This document shows positions 19,454 to 27,720 of a stretch of 64,000 bases of DNA, piece after piece. The DNA lies in the NCBI GenBank assembly GCA_046349195.1, contig JAXMCU010000010.1, positions 42,274 through 106,273 of the forward strand, in the 5' to 3' direction. Source of the DNA: Hyphomicrobiales bacterium. GTDB lineage: Bacteria > Pseudomonadota > Alphaproteobacteria > Rhizobiales > Aestuariivirgaceae. The notes beneath the pieces are model-generated. The model did not search any database. It was not told where the DNA came from and saw nothing but the letters and a program-made list of their open reading frames with translations. The translations under genes were made by a program, and so were the position numbers. The first letter of the stretch is position 1. Each line of letters starts with the position of its first letter.

Positions 19454-20011
19454 TCAGGCTGCCTTTGGACGGGCGCTTCCCGCCTTGCCCTTCATGCGGA
19501 ACGCGAAGGCCACGAGGAAGATGCCGAAGATCAGGGCATAGGACCCGATGATCCAGACCACGGCCAGCGCGCCGGCTTCCGGGCTTGCCAGGATGAAAAA
19601 GGCAAAGAGCACGGAGATGAGCCCGGAGAGCGCCATCCAGAACTCGCCCGTGATTTCCTTGCGCAGCCGGATGGCCGTGACGATCTGCAGCACACCGGTC
19701 GCGAGGCTCCAGGCGGCGATGAACAGCAAGAGCCCCAGGGCCGTGATGCCCGGCTTGAACAGCGTGATCAGGCCCGCGGCCACACCGATCAGGCCTTGCA
19801 GGCCGACCAGCCAGCGGTCATCGGTCTCGGTTCCGCCGGTGATCAGCCCGTAGAGCGAGACCACGCCATCGGCCAGGGCATAGGCGCCCCAGACGATCAC
19901 CAGCGCGGCCAGCGTGATCGCCGGATTGACGAAGGCCATGATGCCGAAGGCAATGGCCAGCAGTCCACGCACAAGGAACAGCCACCAGTATTTCGAAAGA
20001 AAATTTGTCAT
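19454..20011 (-). CDS. HdeD-family (DUF308) acid-resistance membrane protein
   Basis: 185 aa with six hydrophobic helices. Typical N-terminus: WWLFLVRGLLAIAFGIMAFVNPAITLAALVIVWGAYALADGV. Confidence 0.8.
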   Translation of the reverse strand: MTNFLSKYWWLFLVRGLLAIAFGIMAFVNPAITLAALVIVWGAYALADGVVSLYGLITGGTETDDRWLVGLQGLIGVAAGLITLFKPGITALGLLLFIAAWSLATGVLQIVTAIRLRKEITGEFWMALSGLISVLFAFFILASPEAGALAVVWIIGSYALIFGIFLVAFAFRMKGKAGSARPKAA

Positions 20012-20059
20012 GATCCCGACCCCTTCAGTTTTGTGACCGGCCGAAATGGCCGGTCATCC

Positions 20060-20395
20060 TCAACCGTTCATGCACTTGTAGTACTTCTTGTTGTAATAAT
20101 GGTTCCAGCGGTCGGAACCCCTGATGCCACCGCCGACGGCGCCTGTGCCCGCTCCAATGCCGGCACCGATGGCTGCCGACTTGTGGCCGCCGGCAATGGC
20201 GCCGATGCCAAGGCCGATGCCCGCACCGATCAGCGCACCGCCAACCACGTTGCCCGCGACCTTTTCGTCCGCATACTTGCGCGCGGCGTTCTGGCACCTC
20301 TGCTTCAGGCTTGACGCTTCGGCCGGTATCACGGGAAGGGTCGCCAGCACGAAGAGCGAGGCAAAGCAAGCTGCAGCTACTTTCTTGAGTCGCAT
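20060..20395 (-). CDS. Glycine-zipper (17-kDa-antigen-like) exported protein
   Basis: ATG 20395 has an AAGGAG Shine-Dalgarno. Signal peptide, then glycine-zipper segment GGALIGAGIGLGIGAIAGGHKSAAIGAGIGAGTGAVGGG. Confidence 0.7.
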   Translation of the reverse strand: MRLKKVAAACFASLFVLATLPVIPAEASSLKQRCQNAARKYADEKVAGNVVGGALIGAGIGLGIGAIAGGHKSAAIGAGIGAGTGAVGGGIRGSDRWNHYYNKKYYKCMNG

Positions 20396-20638
20396 GTCAA
20401 ATCTCCTTCTTTGTTGCAGTCTAGGGCGGATTCGCCTGTCTGTCACCGTGCCGCTTATGCCGCAGTTACATCCAGCTTGGCGACAAAACAATGGCCTTTG
20501 GCCAGCGGGGTCCGGCGAAGCTTTGCCGGCAATCTTGTCAAGCCCTTGCCCGACACGGCAGGCCGGCCCGCAGACCGGCTTGCCCGCCCGCCATGTCCAT
20601 GGCAAGTCTGCAGGAAATCCGGGCACAGGAGCAGGCAA

Positions 20639-21619
20639 GTGAAGATATTGGTGATTGGCGGCGGCGGAATGGTTGGCGTGAAGCTGATCAATCGCCTGAG
20701 CGCAGATGGGAAGCTTGGCAACGCGCAGATCACCAAGATCGTGCGGCACGACGTTGTGCTATCGCCGCCGCCGCCGGCATCGTCGTTTCCGATCGAGACA
20801 CTGATCGGCGACCTGTCGATTCCGGGCGAGGCCGAGAAGCTGGTGGCCGACCGTCCGGATGTGATCTTTCACCTGGCCGCCATCGTCTCGGGCGAAGCCG
20901 AGGCCAATTTCGAAAAGGGCTACCAGATCAATCTGGACGGCACGCGCTTCCTCTTCGAGGCGATCCGCCACGCGGGCAGCGGCTACAAGCCGAAACTCAT
21001 CTTCACCTCGTCCATCGCGGTGTTCGGCGCGCCCTTCCCCGAAGCCATCCCGGACGACTACTTCTGCACGCCGCTGACCAGCTATGGCACCCAGAAGGCC
21101 ATCTGCGAGCTGCTGCTCGCGGATTATTCGCGGCGAGGCTTCTTCGATGGCGTGGGCCTCCGCTTTCCGACGATCTGCGTGCGGCCTGGAAAGCCCAATC
21201 TCGCCGCCTCGGGCTTCTTCTCCAACATCATTCGCGAGCCTCTGGCCGGACTGGAGGCGGTGCTTCCGGTCGGCGAGGATGTCCGCCACTGGCACGCCTC
21301 GCCGCGCGCCGCCATCGGTTTCCTGCTGCATGCCGCGACCATGGACAGCGCGATTCTCGGGGCGCGCCGGAACGTGACCCTGCCCGGCGTGTCCTGCACG
21401 GTGGGCGAACAGATCGCCGCACTCCGCAAGGTGGCCGGCGACAAGGTGGTGGCGCGGATCCGCCGCGAGCCGAACGAGACCATCATGAAGATCGTGGCGG
21501 GCTGGCCGCGAAACTTCGAAGCCCGGCGCGGGCGCGAACTGGGGTTCGTGGCCGAGTCCAGTTTCGAGGATATCATTCGCGTCCATATCGCCGACGAGCT
21601 GGACGGAAAGATTGCCTGA
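20639..21619 (+). CDS. NAD-dependent epimerase/dehydratase-family SDR (resembles D-erythronate dehydrogenase DenD-type enzymes)
   Basis: GTG 20639 has an AGGAG Shine-Dalgarno. Rossmann motif VIGGGGMVG and catalytic YxxxK (SYGTQKAICE). The ICVRPGKPN segment is one I associate with the DenD family, from memory only. Confidence 0.7.
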   Translation: MKILVIGGGGMVGVKLINRLSADGKLGNAQITKIVRHDVVLSPPPPASSFPIETLIGDLSIPGEAEKLVADRPDVIFHLAAIVSGEAEANFEKGYQINLDGTRFLFEAIRHAGSGYKPKLIFTSSIAVFGAPFPEAIPDDYFCTPLTSYGTQKAICELLLADYSRRGFFDGVGLRFPTICVRPGKPNLAASGFFSNIIREPLAGLEAVLPVGEDVRHWHASPRAAIGFLLHAATMDSAILGARRNVTLPGVSCTVGEQIAALRKVAGDKVVARIRREPNETIMKIVAGWPRNFEARRGRELGFVAESSFEDIIRVHIADELDGKIA

Positions 21620-22644
21620 TGCACCGCCGGGCAAGCGCCGAGGCGCTTTCGCGCTTCAGCCTTGATCTCCTGTCGGCGGCGGGCGCCAGCCCGGATTCCG
21701 CCGAGGCCGCGACCTGGGCCATGATGCACGCCTCGCTGCATGGCGTGGATACGCATGGCGTCAGGCTTCTGCCCTGGTATGCCGATGCGCTGTCGACAGG
21801 GCTGGTCAAGGGTGCTCCCGAAATCAGGATCACCCATCCGCGCCGCGCGGCCGCCCGGGTGGATGCCGACGGCGGGCTGGGTCACCTGGCCATGTATCGC
21901 GCCATGGACGAGGCCTGCGCCCTGGCCCGGGATTGCGGGATCGGCATGGCGGCCGTGGTGAACTCCACACATTTTGGCGCGGCCGGTGCCTATACGCTGG
22001 CGGCGGCGCAGGCCGGTTTCATCGGCCTGGTGACCGCCAATTCAGGTGCCTTCGTGGTGCCCCACGGCGGAAGCAGTCCGGTCCATGGTACCAACCCAAT
22101 CTCTGTCGCGGCTCCGAATCCGGACGGCGATCCCTTCCTGCTCGACATGGCGACAAGTTCGATCCCATGGAACCGGGTGCTGCGCTATCGCACCGAAGGC
22201 CTGTCCCTCCCGCCTGGAACGGCCGTCGACGCAGACGGCAGTTTCGTGACCGATCCCCATCAGGCCGCTGCCCTGGCTCCCGTGGGTGGTGCCGACTTCG
22301 GCTACAAGGGCGCGGCTCTCGCCGGCGTCGCCGAGGTGCTGGGCGGTGTACTGACCGGCATGCGCCTGTCCGTCGAGCAGGACCGGCAGCAGATTGCCGA
22401 TACCGCGCTTGGGCACTTCGTGTTGGCCATCGACCCGACGCTGTTCATGCCGCTCGCGGCGTTCGGCACAAGGCTTCAGTCCTATCTCGAGGCCTTCGAC
22501 AGGGAGCCAGGGACCATGGCGGCAGGTGGACCGGAATGGCGCCACAGGCTGGAGCGCGAGGAACAGGGCATTCCCCTGCCCGACGGGCTTCGTGCCGAAT
22601 TGCACGCGGCCGCAGACAAGGCCGGGATCGCATTCACGCTGTGA
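21619..22644 (+). CDS. Ldh_2-family (malate/L-lactate/ureidoglycolate-type) NAD(P)H oxidoreductase
   Basis: 341 aa from ATG 21619, sharing one base with the upstream TGA. Motifs: HGVDTHGVRLLPWY, NSTHFGAAGAY, GTNPISVAAP and GYKGAALAG. Confidence 0.8.
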   Translation: MHRRASAEALSRFSLDLLSAAGASPDSAEAATWAMMHASLHGVDTHGVRLLPWYADALSTGLVKGAPEIRITHPRRAAARVDADGGLGHLAMYRAMDEACALARDCGIGMAAVVNSTHFGAAGAYTLAAAQAGFIGLVTANSGAFVVPHGGSSPVHGTNPISVAAPNPDGDPFLLDMATSSIPWNRVLRYRTEGLSLPPGTAVDADGSFVTDPHQAAALAPVGGADFGYKGAALAGVAEVLGGVLTGMRLSVEQDRQQIADTALGHFVLAIDPTLFMPLAAFGTRLQSYLEAFDREPGTMAAGGPEWRHRLEREEQGIPLPDGLRAELHAAADKAGIAFTL

Positions 22645-22724
22645 CGAGCGGCCATGCGCATGCCGCAGGGCTGCGCGCCGCGCGGGGATTGGCGCCCATC
22701 CAGGCCACGGCCTAAACACGCAGC

Positions 22725-23606
22725 ATGGCACCGGACACGACCGAGAACAGGACCGTTGGCATCCTCTGGATGCTGGCCACCATGTTCTGCTTCATCTCGC
22801 TCGATGCCATCATGAAGCACCTGCTCGAACACTACTCGCTGGTGCAGGTCACATGGGGCCGCTTCTTCTTCGCCACGATCGTGGCCCTGATCGTCTGCGC
22901 CCCGCGCCTACGCATCCTGGCCGTCAGCCGCGCGCCGCGCCTGCAGCTGACGCGCTCGGTCCTCCTGATGTCGACCACCGGCGTCTTCAACGCCGGCATC
23001 CGCACCACGCCGCTCGCAACGGCCACCACCATCATGTTCCTCTCGCCGATCCTCGTCACGCTCCTCTCGATTCCGATGCTCGGCGAAAAGGTGGGAGTCA
23101 GACGCTGGGTTGGGATCGGACTGGGCTTTGCCGGCGCCTGCATCGTGGTCAGGCCCTGGCAGGAAGGCTTCGGCGGGCTCGGCCCGGGCGTGCTGTTCCT
23201 GCTGGTCGCGGCCCTGCTCAACGCCAACTACCAGATCCTGACACGCAAGGTGCGCGGCGATGATCCGCTGACGTCGCTCCTCTATACCGCCGTCGCTGGG
23301 GCGGTGGTGACTAGCCTGCTCGTGCCCTGGTTCTGGACCTGGCCTGCCTGGACCGACTGGGCCCTGCTGATCGCTGCCGGGCTTGCGGGTGGACTGGGGC
23401 ATCTCTGCCTGATCCGGGCCTTCAGGGCAGCCCCGGCGTCGGTCGTAGCACCCTTTTCCTATTCCTCGCTGATCTGGGCGACGCTCTTCGGCTTCGTGGT
23501 TTGGAACGACTGGCCAAGCATGTGGACGTGGACCGGCGCGATCATTATCATCGGTTCGGGACTCTACATCTTCCATCGGGAGCGGCTGCAGCATGAAAAC
23601 CGTTGA
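22725..23606 (+). CDS. DMT-superfamily (EamA) transporter
   Basis: 293 aa, about 10 TM helices, duplicated EamA architecture. Confidence 0.8.
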   Translation: MAPDTTENRTVGILWMLATMFCFISLDAIMKHLLEHYSLVQVTWGRFFFATIVALIVCAPRLRILAVSRAPRLQLTRSVLLMSTTGVFNAGIRTTPLATATTIMFLSPILVTLLSIPMLGEKVGVRRWVGIGLGFAGACIVVRPWQEGFGGLGPGVLFLLVAALLNANYQILTRKVRGDDPLTSLLYTAVAGAVVTSLLVPWFWTWPAWTDWALLIAAGLAGGLGHLCLIRAFRAAPASVVAPFSYSSLIWATLFGFVVWNDWPSMWTWTGAIIIIGSGLYIFHRERLQHENR

Positions 23607-24207
23607 ATTCACCGCCATGAAGGACGGTACGCGCGAGGACTACCTGCTCCTCAAGCCGCTAGAAGACGAGCACGTCAAGGGCACCGGCGAGCGCGTTCTA
23701 CGCGAGCTGCGACTGCAGGAGGAAGAGACGCTTCCGGGTTACCGGATCACCCGGCTGCAGCACGGGCTGCAGGCAGCGACCCGCGCCAGCAATGAGGGCG
23801 CTGACATCGACTGGGTGGTCGCCGCCCTTCTCCACGACATCGGCGACGGACTGGCGCCGCAGAACCATGATCGCTTCGCCGCGGAAATCCTGCGGCCCTT
23901 TCTGCGCGAGGAGGTCGTCTGGACCATCGAGCATCATGCCTCGTTCCAGATGTACTATTACGCGCACCACTATGGCTGGAACCAGCACGAGCGCGAGAAG
24001 TATCGCGGTTCGCCGTATTTCCAGTCCTGCGTGGACTTCTGCGAACGCTGGGACCAGTCGTCCTTCGACCCGGCCTATGCGATGAAGTCCCTGGCCGACT
24101 TCGAACCTCTGGTCCGCGAAGTCTTTGCCCGCAAGGCGCATGACCCCGCAGTGATTCAGGCCGGCGTCGTCAGGGGTCTGCCCATGCTGGCAGCGGCCGC
24201 CGAGTAG
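23593..24207 (+). CDS. HD-domain metalloprotein with PhnZ/MIOX-like extended ligand pattern
   Basis: H57 (RLQHGLQ), H81-D82 (ALLHDIGD), H92 (QNHDRF), H114/H115 (IEHHASF) and D154 (ERWDQ). 14-nt overlap with the upstream EamA gene. Confidence 0.65.
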   Translation: MKTVEFTAMKDGTREDYLLLKPLEDEHVKGTGERVLRELRLQEEETLPGYRITRLQHGLQAATRASNEGADIDWVVAALLHDIGDGLAPQNHDRFAAEILRPFLREEVVWTIEHHASFQMYYYAHHYGWNQHEREKYRGSPYFQSCVDFCERWDQSSFDPAYAMKSLADFEPLVREVFARKAHDPAVIQAGVVRGLPMLAAAAE

Positions 24208-24279
24208 CCAGGGGGCTGCGCGGCACAACCTCCGGACTTGCGCCGGAGCGGGCGAAGCTGACGCACACTGCGATCCATC

Positions 24280-25233
24280 ATGGCGGCTCCGATACGGCAC
24301 AACAGCAATCTCGTCGGCGTCGGCTCGCTGGCGCTGGGCGTGGTTGTCTTTTCGCTTCAGGACGCGATCATCAAGGCGATCAGCGGCGACAATCCGGTGA
24401 CCATGGCCATCGTCGTGCGCTGCCTCGTGGCGCTGCCGCTGCTGCTGCTGATGGTCCATCTGGAGGCTGGCGTGCGGCGCCTGTGGAGCGCCAATGCCGG
24501 CGTGCTGCTGCTGCGTGGCGCAGTGCTGCTGGTGGCCTATACGACCTACTTCATGTCCCTGCCGGCCCTGCCCCTGGCCCAGGCCATTTCACTGTTCTTC
24601 ACGGCACCGCTGATCATCACGATGCTGTCCGGGCCATTGCTGGGCGAGCGCGTGACCCTTCAGGGCTGGCTGGCGGTCATCGTGGGCTTTATCGGCGTTC
24701 TGGTCATTCTCCAGCCGGGCAGCGACGTGTTCGAACCTGCGGCGCTGCTCAGCCTGGTGAGTGCCGCGACCTACGCGCTCGCCATGGTCATTGCCCGGCG
24801 CGTGGGCGGAACGGAGCCGGCAACGGTCATGTCCTTCTACCAGAATGGCGTCTATCTGGTCGGCGCCGCCGCCGCTGCGGCCGTCTTCAACGCCCTCGAT
24901 GTCGCCAGGCCCAGCCACCCGAGCCTGGAGTTCCTGGTCAGACCCTGGCTCATGCCATCGGCATGGGACCTGACGCTCATGGCAGCCTGCGGGGTCATTG
25001 CGGCCTTCGGCATGTTCCTGCTCACGCACGCCTACCGTCTGGCCCGCGCCAGCCTGGTCACTGTCTTCGAATACACCGGGATGATCTGGGGGCCACTGTG
25101 GGGGTTCGTGTTCTTCGGGGAAATCCCGAGCTGGGCAACCATCACGGGTACGGTGCTGATCATCGCCGCCGGGATCTATGCGGTCCGGACCGCGGCTGAT
25201 CACAACATCGAAGGACCAGCGCGGCCGGAGTGA
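24280..25233 (+). CDS. DMT-superfamily (EamA) transporter
   Basis: 317 aa, about 10 TM helices, duplicated EamA architecture. Confidence 0.8.
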   Translation: MAAPIRHNSNLVGVGSLALGVVVFSLQDAIIKAISGDNPVTMAIVVRCLVALPLLLLMVHLEAGVRRLWSANAGVLLLRGAVLLVAYTTYFMSLPALPLAQAISLFFTAPLIITMLSGPLLGERVTLQGWLAVIVGFIGVLVILQPGSDVFEPAALLSLVSAATYALAMVIARRVGGTEPATVMSFYQNGVYLVGAAAAAAVFNALDVARPSHPSLEFLVRPWLMPSAWDLTLMAACGVIAAFGMFLLTHAYRLARASLVTVFEYTGMIWGPLWGFVFFGEIPSWATITGTVLIIAAGIYAVRTAADHNIEGPARPE

Positions 25234-25236
25234 TCT

Positions 25237-25863
25237 CTACTGGGTCTGGGCAGCGGTGCTGGCCAGCTGCCGGAGCACCAGCACCATGGTTGCATGGGCG
25301 TCCCCGTCACCGACATTGACGATGCGGTGCGGAAGGTCGCCCCGGAAGCGCAAGGCCTCACCAGCTTTCACGCGGCGCGTCTGCTCGCCCGAGGTGACGT
25401 CGATTTCACCCTTCAGGAGGTAGAGGTGCTCCACGGTTCCGGGGGGATGCGGATCCGACTCGAGGACACCACCCGGCCGGGCCTGGAAATCATACCACTG
25501 GACCTCCTCGACCAGATTCAGGGGCCCGGCGATGGCCAGCCGGCAGAGTCCGTCCTGGCTTTCGAGCATAGGAATGGCAGACTTCTGCTGATGCTCGAGG
25601 AAAACGTCCTGACCCTCGCTGCGCAGAACCTCCTCGATGGTCGTGTCCAATGCACGAGAGAGCCGGTATACCGTTGATAAGGTGGGGTTTGTTTCGTTTC
25701 TTTCGATCTGCGAGATGATCGACTTGGCGACCCCCGAATGCTCCGACAGGTCGCCCAGCGACATGTTGTAGGCCTTGCGCAGGCGCTGGATGGTCTTGCC
25801 CAGAGCCGGCGTCGGATCAAATCCTGGTGTATCGGAGGGCCGTTTTCCGCGACGCGTTGACAT
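25237..25863 (-). CDS. XRE-family transcriptional regulator with C-terminal cupin domain
   Basis: HTH_3 motif (LRKAYNMSLGDLSEHSGVAKSIISQIERNETNPTLSTVYRLSRAL). Cupin strands (HPPGTVEHLYLLKGEIDVTSGE...GEALRFRGDLPHRIVNVGD). Confidence 0.82.
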   Translation of the reverse strand: MSTRRGKRPSDTPGFDPTPALGKTIQRLRKAYNMSLGDLSEHSGVAKSIISQIERNETNPTLSTVYRLSRALDTTIEEVLRSEGQDVFLEHQQKSAIPMLESQDGLCRLAIAGPLNLVEEVQWYDFQARPGGVLESDPHPPGTVEHLYLLKGEIDVTSGEQTRRVKAGEALRFRGDLPHRIVNVGDGDAHATMVLVLRQLASTAAQTQ

Positions 25864-25881
25864 TTCGCCGTCCTGTTATTA

Positions 25882-25919
25882 GAACATGTGTTCGATTAAA
25901 CGAACAGGGCCAGTGTTCG
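25882..25919. promoter_or_regulatory. Nested inverted repeats of TGTTCG/CGAACA half-sites (candidate operator)
   Basis: GAACA (25882-86), TGTTCG (25889-94), CGAACA (25901-06) and TGTTCG (25914-19). Further CGAAC copies lie at 26004-08 and 26020-25. All are in the divergent spacer between the XRE-cupin gene and the ferredoxin gene. Confidence 0.35.
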
Positions 25920-26034
25920 GCCTCATGCAGGCATGTAACTATCGCGATTTCGGCTGGTTAATCAAACGAAATCTGCAGATTGGTTACGGCTTGTACTGAA
26001 AACCGAACGTTTGCCGAAGCGAACGGATGGCGAA

Positions 26035-26349
26035 ATGAGCACCATCAAGGTGATTGACCAGAACGGCGACAGCCATGTCCTCGATGCCGTCGAGGGCTGG
26101 CGGATCATGGAAATCATCCGTGAACATGGATTCGACGTTGCCGGCCTGTGCGGCGGAGCCTGTGCCTGCGCAACCTGCCACGTCGAGGTTGATGGCGAGT
26201 GGCTGACGCGGCTCCATCCGGCCAACGACGACGAAGAGGCAATGCTGGATCAGGTGCCGGTCGTTACTGAAGGCTCAAGACTTTCTTGCCAGATCATTTT
26301 CACGCCTGAGCTCGAGGGCCTGCAGGTCAGGCTCGTGGCCAACGGCTGA
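26035..26349 (+). CDS. [2Fe-2S] ferredoxin, adrenodoxin/putidaredoxin type
   Basis: Cx5CxxC (CGGACACATC) plus a distal Cys (SRLSCQI). ATG 26035 is preferred over TTG 26011. Confidence 0.85.
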   Translation: MSTIKVIDQNGDSHVLDAVEGWRIMEIIREHGFDVAGLCGGACACATCHVEVDGEWLTRLHPANDDEEAMLDQVPVVTEGSRLSCQIIFTPELEGLQVRLVANG

Positions 26350-26356
26350 GGACACA

Positions 26357-27379
26357 ATGCGTTACTTTCCCATCTTTCTCGATCTCAAGGGCCGCCAGGT
26401 GGTCGTGGTCGGCGGCGGCGAGGAGGCCCTGCGCAAGGTCAGGCTGCTGCTCAAGACCGAGGCGCGGATCGCCGTGGTCGCCCAAGAGCTGCATCCCGAG
26501 TTGGCGGCAGAGCCGCGCGTGACCTGGCTGGCCAAGTCCTACACGGCGGGCCATCTCGCCGACGCAGCGCTCGTCTATGCCGCGGATGACGCGTTGAACG
26601 CCATCGTCAGCCAAGACGCGGCGGCGCGCGGCATTCCCGTGAACGTCGTGGACGACCCCGACAATTCCACCTTCATCGTGCCGTCCATCGTCGATCGCGA
26701 TCCCCTGGTGGTCGCGATCGGCACGGAAGGCACCGCGCCAATGCTTGGACAGGGTCTGCGGGCGCGGATCGATGCCATGCTTCCGCTCGCGCTGGGGCCG
26801 CTGGCCCGCGCCGGCGCCGATCTCCGGGCGCGGGTGGCCGAGCGAATTCCATCCGGCCATCCGCGCCGGTCCTTCTGGACCCGCTTCTTCTTCGGCGACG
26901 TCCGCGATGCCTTCGTGGCAGGTGAGTCGGTCAACTATCTCGCCGGTGTCGAGAGCCTCTTCGCAGCTGCCGATGCCCCCGTGGTGGGCCGCGTGACCTT
27001 CGTGGGCGTGGCTTCATCCGACGCCGAACTCCTGACGATCAAGGCCCAGCGCAAGCTGCAGGAGGCCGACATCATCGTGCATGACCGGACCGTGTCAGAA
27101 GCGGTGCTCGAAGTCGCGCGCCGTGACGCCGTCCGCGTGCCGGTCGATGGACGCCTGTTTGACGGGACCGACCAGATACTCATCCGCGAGGCGCGGGCGG
27201 GCAAGCGCGTTGTGCGCCTGTCGAGCCATGCGCCCTCGCTCGAGGAGACCATTTCGGTGGCGGCGGAAGGCGTTGCCTTCGAGGTTGTGCCAGGAATTGC
27301 GTTGAACCCGGAGTCGAAGGAAGAGCCCTTTCCCACCCACGACGCGCTGAGCGATGCCATCCTGAGGGCCGCGTCATGA
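26357..27379 (+). CDS. Siroheme-synthase-like protein: precorrin-2 dehydrogenase/ferrochelatase N-domain plus truncated, degenerate methyltransferase half-domain
   Basis: N-terminus matches the CysG N-domain (YFPIFLDLKGRQVVVVGGGEEALRKV). Residues about 211-316 align to the first half of the SUMT fold, but GAGPGD is replaced by GVASSD and KGGDPFIFGRGGEE by SSHAPSLEE. The protein ends at 340 aa. Confidence 0.72.
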   Translation: MRYFPIFLDLKGRQVVVVGGGEEALRKVRLLLKTEARIAVVAQELHPELAAEPRVTWLAKSYTAGHLADAALVYAADDALNAIVSQDAAARGIPVNVVDDPDNSTFIVPSIVDRDPLVVAIGTEGTAPMLGQGLRARIDAMLPLALGPLARAGADLRARVAERIPSGHPRRSFWTRFFFGDVRDAFVAGESVNYLAGVESLFAAADAPVVGRVTFVGVASSDAELLTIKAQRKLQEADIIVHDRTVSEAVLEVARRDAVRVPVDGRLFDGTDQILIREARAGKRVVRLSSHAPSLEETISVAAEGVAFEVVPGIALNPESKEEPFPTHDALSDAILRAAS

Positions 27380-27717
27380 GCGTCGCGGAAAAGGGCCAGA
27401 TCCTCACCGCAAACCGCCTGCGCGACGGCATCGCCGTCTTCCTGACCCGGTCGGGCGAGTGGAGCGAAGCGATCGACGATGCCGTTCTGGCGCTCGAGCC
27501 CGAGGCCGCGGCGGCACTGGAGCAGCGTGCCAAGCTCGCAGAGGCGGCCTGCATCGTGACCGGCTCCTACCTCGTCGATGCGGAGCGCCGTGGCGGCCAT
27601 GTGCGTGCATCCCACATTCGCGAGCGCATGCGCGCCCTGGGGCCCACGGTTCGCCCCGACCTCGGGAAGCAGGCGGAGGGCAAGGCCAATGGCTTTGCCG
27701 CCCCGGAAGGAGTGTGA
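27376..27717 (+). CDS. DUF2849-domain protein
   Basis: 113 aa. The N-terminus (ILTANRLRDGIAVFL...GEWSE) is typical of the DUF2849 proteins found beside alphaproteobacterial cysI. ATGA overlap with the upstream gene. Confidence 0.72.
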   Translation: MSVAEKGQILTANRLRDGIAVFLTRSGEWSEAIDDAVLALEPEAAAALEQRAKLAEAACIVTGSYLVDAERRGGHVRASHIRERMRALGPTVRPDLGKQAEGKANGFAAPEGV

Positions 27718-27720
27718 GTC

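Noticed and set aside
16720-20700. A classical tRNA-integrated genomic island at tRNA-Ser.
   Set aside because: No integrase, excisionase, transposase or conjugation gene is present, and I found no repeat of the tRNA 3' end by eye. Only the weaker description 'variable-looking islet' is retained as a finding.
20491-22644. A 717-aa ORF spanning the SDR gene region and the Ldh_2 gene.
   Set aside because: Only the last 341 aa (from ATG 21619) are protein-like. The upstream part is an alternative frame of the SDR gene with Arg/Pro-rich nonsense composition.
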